From Candidatus Nanoarchaeia archaeon (GTDB taxonomy: Archaea; Nanobdellota; Nanobdellia; SCGC-AAA011-G17; GW2011-AR20), in assembly GCA_035288805.1 (NCBI GenBank), contig DATDZG010000023.1, positions 15,669-79,668 of the forward strand: a stretch of DNA of 64,000 bases, in the 5' to 3' direction. Shown piece after piece: positions 56,001 to 63,921 of the stretch (position 1 is the stretch's first letter; each line of letters begins with the position of its first letter). Below the pieces are notes generated by a model. The model saw only the letters and a list, made by a program, of their open reading frames with translations. It was not told the DNA's origin and did not search any database. Position numbers and translations under genes: made by a program.

Positions 56001-58510
56001 CCTGAATCCCAGCTCTTTTTTCCAGCAAGAGAAACATTAAGGTATAATGTGCCAGAGCCAGAAGTAATTGTAGTATCATTTACACCTGTAAGGTTATAAT
56101 CATACACAACAGGAGGCCATATCCACTCTCCTTGTCTTCCATAATATTCAATCTTTTCAACCTTCACGCTTCCGCTCAACCCGCTCGTTCCAACGCTGTT
56201 CCACCAATTAGTTCCTGCCTGATACATACGCAAGTTAAAAGTAATATTCCCACCAGGTTGATTCAGCCATTTATCACCCCAGGCCCAAATATAAAATGCC
56301 CTAGATTCAAACAGTCCATAAGCAATATCCGAAGTTTTGCCATCCTGACCAAGAATCTTTAGTTTCACACTATATCTCCCTCCATCCCAGCTGTCATTTG
56401 CATGCCTAATCGTACAGGTATATCCTCCACTTTCATCATCCGATTTGCATGTTGAAGCAGAAAGGTTCAAATTTGCTTTAACTCCTGCCTGAGTATTTAC
56501 AACATCTTCTACACTTAGCGTGGCATTGTTCACAACTTGTTTTTTCGTTGTATCGAAACTACATGCAGTTCCCATACCGTAGTTGCTGCCTTCTCTATAA
56601 GTACTTGTCCCATTAGAACTTTGCGACTTTCCCAAAGGATTATCTGCCTGCACAAGTTTAACTTCAAAATAAATAATATCAGAAGCTTTATATTGCCATG
56701 CATAATAGCTTCCAGATCCAACACTTCCAGCAGTTGTTTTTGCAACTATACAAGTATCATAAGGATTAACAACAAATCTTACATTTCCAACAACTGTCCC
56801 ATTATCCGAAGACACCCTTGCAAAATAGCTTCCTCCTCCTTTAGGTACATCAATCTTCAATCGTTGATGAGTAATATTCCACGCCCATTCCAGCACATCA
56901 TTGCTCCCATTAACATTGTTCCAATTGCTCACTTCATTATAAGTAAGATAAGTCCCATTTTCATACAGCAGTGCATCCAGTTGCGAATATGTAACATTCA
57001 TATCATGGGTCTGATTCTTAGCTTTTACAGTAAAATAAACAAATTCAGAAGTGCCAAAAAGCTCTTTGAGCTGTCCCTCACTATCTCCAGGAATAATAGT
57101 CATAGTTGCATTGAGGATAGCAATCCCTCTCTCTGCAATCAGAATCTCATCACTATAGTTTACAGTCACACTCAATCTATAATTCCCAACAGCAGCAGGC
57201 AGTCTAATAGAATATTTATAACATCCCTGCTTCCCGCAGCTAAGATTAAAAGCAGTGCTGTTTGAACTGTTCAGAACAACTCCCAGACTATTTTTTAAAG
57301 TAAAATTAAAGAGTGCTTGGCTAAGATTAGCAAGCAAAGTCCCATTGACTCTCTCAACAGGAAACACATCAAAAGTAACAGATGTATTAGGAAAAACAGA
57401 ATATTCATAATCAAAACCAGAGCCGGTTTCTGCTTTTGCAAAACTCAAAGACCAATCTCTGACTTGGAAAGAAGTGCTTCTTATAACAACATTTCCCCCA
57501 TTATCAACGACCCTCACCCACACCATATAGTTACCATTGCTAAAATTATTGTTCAGCAAAAACTTAAAACTATTAGTGAATGAATTATTCATCGTCAAAG
57601 ATGTTGTATTAATAACCTGCAGCACACTCTCGCTCGAATTTGTCACATTCCCTGTAAAAGTATAACTTCCTGAAACAGGTGTAGTTCCATTAAAGCTTAT
57701 AGTAACTTCAACATTCGCTTCTTGATGAGGGTTGAAAAAACTTTTATACCTCGTCCCAGAATCATCTTTCATATAAACAACAGAATCATAAGGAATAACT
57801 CTAAACCCGCTTACCCCTGTGTAATTATTCACCTCCAAGATGTATTGCCCAACTGTCGAAGGCACAGTAATACCATTAACCATGCATCTCCCATCATTTC
57901 CTGTAGTACAGTTAAAACTGCTGACCAAAACTTTGGCAGACGTCCTAATGCTGCCCTGAACAGAAAGATTTGCAACAGCAAAAACACCATCTCCAATATT
58001 CCTGATTGTTTCAACAGCAATATTCAATGTTTCCCATCCATAATAACTAGTCTTATCAGAATAAACCCTAATATCATCAAGAGTTTGATTAGCTACAAAA
58101 AAGTCCATCCTAAAAGGCCAGCTGATATTATTGTCATCTTTATAAGTCAATAATAAATAATAATACCCTGTAGCACCAGGAGCAGTAATCAATCTCCCCC
58201 CAGGTTCATAATCACTTTGGGAATAATAACTTCCTGTAGAAGATGTATTCAGTGTAAAATTACTGAAATTCGCACCATTCCCCCCATTACGGATTGTAAC
58301 ATTTAAAGAGCTGATATTAGCCAAAGGGCTATAAATAGTAGCAGTTCCATTACTCGAGTTAACCGTTGCTTGAAATAAAACCCCTCTCAGGACAATTCTC
58401 TCAACAGGACCATAAATTCTTTTAGACAAACTTCCATCATTAGTAATCGTAACATTATCAGCAGCATCCGCTATTTGCATTAAAATCAGAAATATACCTA
58501 GAAAAAACAA
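53036..58510 (-). CDS. Giant (>1800 aa) secreted beta-rich surface glycoprotein
   Basis: Signal peptide, repeated G.Y..V Ig-like units, very many N-x-S/T sequons; true start may be slightly upstream. Confidence 0.85.
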   Translation of the reverse strand: MFFLGIFLILMQIADAADNVTITNDGSLSKRIYGPVERIVLRGVLFQATVNSSNGTATIYSPLANISSLNVTIRNGGNGANFSNFTLNTSSTGSYYSQSDYEPGGRLITAPGATGYYYLLLTYKDDNNISWPFRMDFFVANQTLDDIRVYSDKTSYYGWETLNIAVETIRNIGDGVFAVANLSVQGSIRTSAKVLVSSFNCTTGNDGRCMVNGITVPSTVGQYILEVNNYTGVSGFRVIPYDSVVYMKDDSGTRYKSFFNPHQEANVEVTISFNGTTPVSGSYTFTGNVTNSSESVLQVINTTSLTMNNSFTNSFKFLLNNNFSNGNYMVWVRVVDNGGNVVIRSTSFQVRDWSLSFAKAETGSGFDYEYSVFPNTSVTFDVFPVERVNGTLLANLSQALFNFTLKNSLGVVLNSSNSTAFNLSCGKQGCYKYSIRLPAAVGNYRLSVTVNYSDEILIAERGIAILNATMTIIPGDSEGQLKELFGTSEFVYFTVKAKNQTHDMNVTYSQLDALLYENGTYLTYNEVSNWNNVNGSNDVLEWAWNITHQRLKIDVPKGGGSYFARVSSDNGTVVGNVRFVVNPYDTCIVAKTTAGSVGSGSYYAWQYKASDIIYFEVKLVQADNPLGKSQSSNGTSTYREGSNYGMGTACSFDTTKKQVVNNATLSVEDVVNTQAGVKANLNLSASTCKSDDESGGYTCTIRHANDSWDGGRYSVKLKILGQDGKTSDIAYGLFESRAFYIWAWGDKWLNQPGGNITFNLRMYQAGTNWWNSVGTSGLSGSVKVEKIEYYGRQGEWIWPPVVYDYNLTGVNDTTITSGSGTLYLNVSLAGKKSWDSGSYSVVLRGTESGGNTDFGQAWFEVRNWDSYASPVELTSSGFDYKSYFGSKQNVTLYVRITSAGDYGWTSGGSALVNDKSNITVTVKKIMDYSSYPAREMDKNTYNATVINVNASSPWYSSATKTGHSGYLLNITNLNGTWNSGYYNVVLDLNGTETGYGWFNTIAFYVNTQPVDIKGAYKYNHKGSGPVHFLITTTKGYKNGYTHNVTTGITDYVNTTVKDIKLNRWSDTDYTYTELKYPADFNVTNATHTTINYSRIVSLNHSSGTWPSGYYYGSMVLINDDNETSTGYIWFNVQSFRVDYVTDSYTIGTSNNISGILSVRDPDWSNNSIVWGNYTVTEIYQESWDYNSRSRTSVTNYNPITFNGSANLSIAPLSQGWIPGWGNLVAVVYDNTTNTSKNVWISFRAALFSTAFGTVTSQDAITQTQNVTIPVTLTNPVGGGSTSGNLTRVYETIWPNTIDYQFTIGNCTSTSSSSCKITSSQNVTVHVPSGGWGEEYHYLTFVLSDANNLNSKTAESAPWFRVRASYTGYFDNYNESNFWGYYVGFNSNASFTVGAQNNSGQNQDFSVVSVQHAYNPGCYSEYCRVYSSVGWSNSANKTDNRQVIRILNSGSWSRGEHAIRVNVRGSLGTSTLKTGYFYAKDNTTPNLTLVAPPYNGYKVNSSSLYLNAVTNEAATCTYVFQSYDAYYANYCGNTDNVGANNTNLVGTCNKTLYNGTFYNYHYFSHPYPGLSTGGVNHSFNLQGVGNILTTDQDYSVIYNCYDDDYNTVALYRIIEMNSTSNTTNITMQFTSSQLANNSYINANSFVVNLSVGNGIANLTYRLYNSTHAVLNSTTVTSTTSSLIWYLTNNNTLYYYNVTGIVGNGTNVSSPTRNVTFDTILPVISFNGNTTSGNNTMYNRTWIYASVNVTEVNEANITFSLFYNNHTLVNQTILTTATRTFNWTSLVANLTGVGYFYNVTLTDKAANRNTTEIRLIQLNVSNTTSI

Positions 58511-58642
58511 TCCTTTTATCCAGAAACTAGCACCTCTTTTGATATAAAACGCTATACTCTAATAATATTTAAGCTTTATTAAAATATAAAGATTACCCAA
58601 TATAACATAAACATTTAAATAAATCCGAGTTATAAAAAAACA

Positions 58643-59017
58643 ATGCCTCTCTACACAACAATAAACAACTTTTTAATAAAATACATTTCAGAAGTAACAT
58701 TTATTTTAGTAACGCTCATTTACATTTTCACCCATAGATATGTTTTCCTCTTCCTTGAAAAAATAATAAGAGGGATGACAAATGCGATATTTGAAAACAA
58801 AGATTGGGTTGCAGGATTACTAAGATATATAGATTCTTTCTTTGTATTTATATTATCATTTTTAATCATCATTCCCTTAGGAAAAATACTCTTAGAAAAA
58901 TACTTAGAGCCATATCTGAAAAACGAATATCTAACCTGGATTTTCCTAGGCACTTTAGCCTTCTCATATCTCTATTACACCTTATTTTATAGTAAACACC
59001 TACACGGAGACAAGTAA
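58643..59017 (+). CDS. Small membrane protein
   Basis: Three hydrophobic segments; leaderless after tttaaata. Confidence 0.7.
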   Translation: MPLYTTINNFLIKYISEVTFILVTLIYIFTHRYVFLFLEKIIRGMTNAIFENKDWVAGLLRYIDSFFVFILSFLIIIPLGKILLEKYLEPYLKNEYLTWIFLGTLAFSYLYYTLFYSKHLHGDK

Positions 59018-59018
59018 G

Positions 59019-59178
59019 TTTCTTTTTCCAAGGTTTTTCTTTTTAAAGAAAAAGCTTTTCTATAGTAAGCATTTACATGGGGAGAAGTAAGTTTCTTTTT
59101 TAGTACTGGTTCATGTGTTTTCTTTTTAGTGCAGGTTTTTCTTTTTGCTAAAAGAAAAAAGTGCATGGGGATAAATAA
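59019..59178 (+). repeat. D repeats alternating with diverged copies of the upstream gene's 3' end
   Basis: 59058-59090 encodes FYSKHLHGEK*; 59158-59178 encodes KVHGDK*. Confidence 0.8.
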
Positions 59179-59463
59179 TTAGTAAGGAATTCCAATATTA
59201 ACCTTAAACTCTTCAACAGCTCTTTGAATCATAAGAGAAAGAGACTTGCGTGCTCTGGAAGAGCTTAAACAATATTGTTCTAAAGTATATTCGGGAAAAT
59301 GATACATTTCAATAACGGAGATATGACTATTTAATTCCATTCGCAGCTGGTCTCTACGATGATTCTCTTTCGCATCAGGGCTTCTTATAGCCAACTGATA
59401 TTCTACAGAAGAAAAAAGGTCAATAGCATTTCTGTTCTTCAAAAGTTCATAATAATCTATCAT
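59179..59463 (-). CDS. Hypothetical protein
   Basis: 94-aa ORF sharing a divergent promoter. Confidence 0.5.
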   Translation of the reverse strand: MIDYYELLKNRNAIDLFSSVEYQLAIRSPDAKENHRRDQLRMELNSHISVIEMYHFPEYTLEQYCLSSSRARKSLSLMIQRAVEEFKVNIGIPY

Positions 59464-59513
59464 AACAAAAACAATGTAAAAAGACTTAAAAACCTTTCAG
59501 TCCTTTACCAAGT

Positions 59514-59876
59514 ATGACAGAATTAATAGCTTGCTTATCCTCTGGTAAAGGAACCTGGGGCCATGTAAACCAAGTAATAGAACAAGGCAATTTTACAAAA
59601 GCATTTCTCTTAACCAACGAATTCGGAATGGAAAACTTCAAACCCAATCAAAAAACAGAATTAATTTTAATCAACTCAAGGCAAGGTTTAAAAGAAATGA
59701 GAGATGAAATATATACAAAATTAAAAGACAAAATAAGTCAAGAAGAGGCCCATGTAGCAGTAAACATGGTTTCTGGCGAAGGCAAGGAGCACATGGCCTT
59801 ATTATCAGCATTATTAAAACTTGGTCTTGGAATCAGACAGATGGCATTAACAAAAGATGGAATTGAAGAGATTTAA
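59514..59876 (+). CDS. Hypothetical protein, Rossmann/CARF-like pattern
   Basis: LIACLSSGKGTWGHV..VAVNMVSGEGKEHMALL. Confidence 0.7.
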   Translation: MTELIACLSSGKGTWGHVNQVIEQGNFTKAFLLTNEFGMENFKPNQKTELILINSRQGLKEMRDEIYTKLKDKISQEEAHVAVNMVSGEGKEHMALLSALLKLGLGIRQMALTKDGIEEI

Positions 59877-59908
59877 AATCAATGAAAGCAGAAATAAGAA
59901 TTCTTTGA

Positions 59909-60403
59909 TTACAAATCAGGATTAATCAACCAAGAATCAGAAGATATAATCTTGGGATAAGAAGAAAAATCTGCAGTCCTTATTTTTTCCTCAGAAAAAA
60001 AAGATATATCTCTCTTATAACCATTATCAAATTCCGCTTTCCAAAAAGAAGCAACATCTGCCAAAAATTCTCTGGCAGCTTGATGCAAAAGGTTATTCTT
60101 ACTATATCCCCCAACATTAAACTCTACATCATAACCGCAGAAAAAAGGTTCAATCCCAAAAGTCCTACGAGCCCGAACATCGCAAATAAGATTATCCTTC
60201 TTAGCTTCCAAAGCTCTATCATCTTCCCCAATAATAAGGAAGGGCACGTAAATTCTCCAAGCACGACATTCTGCTCCTTTTTCTTGAAAGATGGTTTTCA
60301 AACGATTAAGACAAACATCTTGCATAACTCTCATAATCCCTTTATAGTCTAAACCACCTCCACCTATTCTAAGCTCACCATAAATTCGCGTTTCAACCCC
60401 CAT
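59909..60403 (-). CDS. Hypothetical protein
   Basis: Start MGVETRIY after GGTGA SD. Confidence 0.55.
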   Translation of the reverse strand: MGVETRIYGELRIGGGGLDYKGIMRVMQDVCLNRLKTIFQEKGAECRAWRIYVPFLIIGEDDRALEAKKDNLICDVRARRTFGIEPFFCGYDVEFNVGGYSKNNLLHQAAREFLADVASFWKAEFDNGYKRDISFFSEEKIRTADFSSYPKIISSDSWLINPDL

Positions 60404-60407
60404 AAAA

Positions 60408-61001
60408 TCACCATAAATCCTTTCTACCGAAAACTCGGTAAACATGATTAAGAAGATCGGCTCTTTGATTAACTCGCGGAGAATAAGAATATTTATTAGA
60501 TGGGTGATCCATGGAAATGCAAAGAAAGCAGGATTCGACGCCCTGATAACCGCCACTACCTATAGTGTGGGTAACATCCTTAACGTATCCTGCTTTTCTC
60601 CGATTCAAAAAAAGCGATTTGTCTTCTTTTGTTTGTTCTATAATCTCAATTAAAGATCCAGGAAGAATGTCCGGGGGTAAAGGAGAGGATTCCCAAGATT
60701 GAAATGCATTTGAAACATATCCTTCCTCGTTAGGGGCAGCTAAGATGTGGAAACCCGAAATATCACATTTCCTCAATTGTGAATTCCTAAAAAGATTAAA
60801 GGAATGTCCAGGGATTTGGGGAAAACATTTCGATAGGGTAATAGATTTCCTCTTATCTCTAACAACATACCCTATTCTGGTTTCTCTCCCCCTTTCAGAG
60901 GGCTTGTCATAAGAAGCACCACGAAACTCAAGCTCAACAAGGGTTCCTTCCTCAAAAAAAGTTGTTCCAGTATAATGTTCAATAAGCTCACTTCTGTTCA
61001 T
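60408..61001 (-). CDS. Hypothetical protein with internal duplication (..GYVV/GYVK..)
   Basis: 197-aa ORF; two EG/PG-L-E..R..GYV units. Confidence 0.55.
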   Translation of the reverse strand: MNRSELIEHYTGTTFFEEGTLVELEFRGASYDKPSERGRETRIGYVVRDKRKSITLSKCFPQIPGHSFNLFRNSQLRKCDISGFHILAAPNEEGYVSNAFQSWESSPLPPDILPGSLIEIIEQTKEDKSLFLNRRKAGYVKDVTHTIGSGGYQGVESCFLCISMDHPSNKYSYSPRVNQRADLLNHVYRVFGRKDLW

Positions 61002-61062
61002 ATGGAGATAGAGATATAGAGAAGATTTATACTCTCTTTACATTTTATATTAAAAACAAAAG

Positions 61063-61117
61063 TAACTAAACAAAAATATATAAAAATAAACGAAAAAGTT
61101 TATTAACTAAACAAAAA
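61063..61117 (+). promoter_or_regulatory. 14-bp direct repeat around promoter of wHTH gene
   Basis: taactaaacaaaaa at 61063 and 61104. Confidence 0.5.
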
Positions 61118-61128
61118 AGTAGAAATAC

Positions 61129-61950
61129 ATGGGACTGCCATATTTCAGCAAAGAAACAAAAACAAAAAGCAATATTCTTGAAATTCTATCACAAGAATGG
61201 CCGCTGACAGCAAAAAAGATATTCTTCAATACAAAGAAAAGCGCAAAGAGTGTTAGTTATCAAGCAGTATTCAAAGCACTTCAGGAGTTAGTAAAAGAAA
61301 AAGTGATAACAAAGGAGGGCAGAGAATATTACATCTCCCCCATCTGGACTCAAAAGTCAAATATTCTACTAAAAAATCTCCAAGAAAAATATGAAGAAAA
61401 AGGGTTAATCACCTCAAAGAAGGAGGTTGAAGAGTTAAATTTCCCAACAATGAAAGCCTTATGGGTTGATGTGATGACCAAACTAAAAAAAGGTTATTTC
61501 GGCGAATCAAAACAAATCTACATGAAATTAAATAGGTTATTCTTCCTCCCTTTTCCATCAGAAGACGTAACCTTCCTGAAAAAATATCTGAAAGACAAAG
61601 AAGTAATAATCTTCTGCAAAGACAACTCATTCCTGAGTCAATTCGTAAAAAAGTATTTAGAGAGTTTTAATGTCAAGATTTACCTAGGAGTCATAGGCAA
61701 GCCTTTAACAGAAGTTGATATTGGCGAATGTGTCCTTTACATGCATGACGAACCTGAAAGAAGGTTAGAAAAAGAAATCAATGATGCCTTCAAATTGAAA
61801 GAAACCAATGAAAAGTTCTGGCAATTCTATGGCAAGATATTTGACACGCAAAACCCATGCAAGCTTATCATCAGAAGAAACCCAGAGTTTGTAAGAAAAA
61901 ACAGGCAAGAGATGGAAGCATTATCCAAAAAAGTAAAAACCAAACCATAA
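61129..61950 (+). CDS. Winged-helix transcriptional regulator
   Basis: ILSQEWPLTAKKI..VSYQAVFKALQELV..YYIS..W. Confidence 0.8.
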   Translation: MGLPYFSKETKTKSNILEILSQEWPLTAKKIFFNTKKSAKSVSYQAVFKALQELVKEKVITKEGREYYISPIWTQKSNILLKNLQEKYEEKGLITSKKEVEELNFPTMKALWVDVMTKLKKGYFGESKQIYMKLNRLFFLPFPSEDVTFLKKYLKDKEVIIFCKDNSFLSQFVKKYLESFNVKIYLGVIGKPLTEVDIGECVLYMHDEPERRLEKEINDAFKLKETNEKFWQFYGKIFDTQNPCKLIIRRNPEFVRKNRQEMEALSKKVKTKP

Positions 61951-61985
61951 CAATCTTTATATCTTCCAAATTCTTTTCCTACATT

Positions 61986-62198
61986 ATGGAAATAAGATAC
62001 ACCCTTCATGCAGGGGAGCAAATAAAAGAAAGAAAAATACTAAAAGTTTGGGTTGAAGAAACAATAAAATCACCCAACAAGACAGAAAAAGAAAATAAAA
62101 AGTATTACGTTATCAAAAAATTAAACGGAAAAACATTAGAAGTCATCTATGTAAAAGAAAGCTATATAAAGGTAATCACCGCTTTCTTCTTAACATGA
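61986..62198 (+). CDS. DUF4258 (RelE-like) toxin
   Basis: YTLHAGEQIKER..VITAF. Confidence 0.8.
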   Translation: MEIRYTLHAGEQIKERKILKVWVEETIKSPNKTEKENKKYYVIKKLNGKTLEVIYVKESYIKVITAFFLT

Positions 62199-62401
62199 AA
62201 ATAAAATACGATGCGGATGCGGATGCGATGTATATCTTATTGAGGGAGGATAAAAGAGACCACACAAAACAGATAGAGAAAGATATAATTGCTGATTTTA
62301 ATAAAGAAGGCCAGGTTATTGGGGTAGAAATTCTTTTCGTCAAAGAGAAAAATCCTGAGCTTCTCGAGAAATTCCAAATTGAAAACTTAATACCTGCTTA
62401 A
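62195..62401 (+). CDS. DUF2283 antitoxin-like protein
   Basis: IKYDADADAMYI..IIADF..G.VIGVEIL. Confidence 0.88.
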   Translation: MKIKYDADADAMYILLREDKRDHTKQIEKDIIADFNKEGQVIGVEILFVKEKNPELLEKFQIENLIPA

Positions 62402-62443
62402 AAGCATAACAATCTTTATATCCCATTTCAACATCTCAAAGTT

Positions 62444-63502
62444 ATGGGTGTTTTTGACAAAATTCTAAAAGATTCAGAATCATTGTTCCAAAATGAACTG
62501 GCATTGGATTACACTTTCATTCCAAAGATTATCCCGTTTAGAGAGAACCAACAACAATATCTCGCTGGATGCATCAAACCTTTATTCCAAAAACGCACAG
62601 GAAAAAACATTTTAATAACAGGAAGCCATGGTATAGGAAAAACAGTCGCTGTAAAACATGTCTTAAAAGAACTTGAAGACCAAACAGAAGAAATCTCAAT
62701 TTTATACATAAACTGCTGGAAAAAAAATTCAAGTTACAAGGTCTTATTAGAACTATGCGATTTACTAAACATAAAATTCATTCAAAGCCTGACAACAGAA
62801 CAAGTAGCAAAACGAGTCTCATCAATTATCAATAAAAAACCAGCAGTAATCTGCTTAGACGAAATAGATAAATTAGAAAATCAGGATTTACTTTATCTTC
62901 TTTCAGAAGATATTTTCAAAAAAACAATCATCTTAATCACAAACGAGTATGATTTTCTCTCAAAACTCGACCCAAGGATAAAATCCAGATTAGCCTTGGA
63001 TATATTAGAGTTCAAACCTTATTCAGAAAAAGAAATGTATGAAATCTTAAAGCAAAGAATAGACTACGCTTTCCCTCCAAAAGTATTCCCTTTATTATCA
63101 TTAAAAGAAATATCAGAAATTGCATTCCAGGCAAAAGATGTCAGGTCTGGAATCTACTTATTAAAAGAATCAGGATTAATTGCAGAACAAGAATCATCCA
63201 GAGTAATTACGCAGGAGCATATTCAAAAATCAATAGAAAAATTCAAAGATTTCCAGGTCAAAGACAAACAGGAAACCCCTGAGCAAATCCAAGGCTTATT
63301 AGAATTCATAAAGCAAAATCAAAACAAAACCTCAACAGAATTATTCGATCTTTACGCTCCAAAGACTTCTTATCGAACATTCCATAGGAATCTGCAAAAA
63401 CTAGAATCCTCAGGTTTAATCAAATTAGAAGAAACAAACAAGGGCCCAGGCAAGTCAACCATAGTCAAGTTGCCATTGCAGGATACTCTAGATAAGTTCT
63501 AA
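62444..63502 (+). CDS. cdc6: Orc1/Cdc6 AAA+ replication initiator family protein
   Basis: P..IPFRE, Walker A GSHGIGKT, YINC, LDEID, SRL, FKPY, C-terminal wHTH. Confidence 0.9.
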   Translation: MGVFDKILKDSESLFQNELALDYTFIPKIIPFRENQQQYLAGCIKPLFQKRTGKNILITGSHGIGKTVAVKHVLKELEDQTEEISILYINCWKKNSSYKVLLELCDLLNIKFIQSLTTEQVAKRVSSIINKKPAVICLDEIDKLENQDLLYLLSEDIFKKTIILITNEYDFLSKLDPRIKSRLALDILEFKPYSEKEMYEILKQRIDYAFPPKVFPLLSLKEISEIAFQAKDVRSGIYLLKESGLIAEQESSRVITQEHIQKSIEKFKDFQVKDKQETPEQIQGLLEFIKQNQNKTSTELFDLYAPKTSYRTFHRNLQKLESSGLIKLEETNKGPGKSTIVKLPLQDTLDKF

Positions 63503-63545
63503 TTCAACTTAATAATATATTCTAAATAATGTACATTACAAAGCG

Positions 63546-63688
63546 TATATCAAAAACAATAGACAAGTGACAAACACCCGCCCCAAGCTTATAAATCAAT
63601 CTTCATTATCTTATTTCAAGAGGGAAAAACCAAGAGTCCTTATCGCTTTGTGGTCGCACAGGGTTGATATGTTCAGCTTTGCTGAACA
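63546..63688. repeat. E copy (inverse), F module and B-type hairpin
   Basis: tatatcaaaaacaatagacaagtgacaaacacccgccccaagcttataaa; gtggtcgcacagggttgat (63650-63668); tgttcagc-ttt-gctgaaca (63670-63688). Confidence 0.7.
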
Positions 63689-63744
63689 CTTGTTACTTTA
63701 GTAACATAGAGGGCATCGCTGGTGCCCTTATGGAGGAGGTTAAA

Positions 63745-63921
63745 ATGAACACAATATCCCAAACCCAAAATCTGCCCTGGAGTAAATCCTCCGGGTATAA
63801 ACAACAAAACCTCATTGAAAGAGGCATAGAACGCATAAGGCAAACAAAACCCATCAAAATGCTGAGGAAAACCCAGCTAGAGATGCTGCAAGGCTTTAAA
63901 GAAGCAGGAGAAGCAAAATGA
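63745..63921 (+). CDS. Hypothetical small protein
   Basis: GGAGGT SD then ATG 63745. Confidence 0.55.
   Translation: MNTISQTQNLPWSKSSGYKQQNLIERGIERIRQTKPIKMLRKTQLEMLQGFKEAGEAK

Noticed and set aside
56537..57265. 242-aa + strand ORF and other antisense ORFs in long genes
   Set aside because: Fully antisense to well-supported genes, with no motifs
58985..59090. DGR variable/template repeat pair
   Set aside because: Mismatches are not adenine-specific on either strand, are mostly synonymous, and no reverse transcriptase is in the window
63503..63744. Replication origin next to cdc6
   Set aside because: No recognisable ORB (TCCA..GAAAC plus G-string) repeats and no visible skew switch; cannot be excluded
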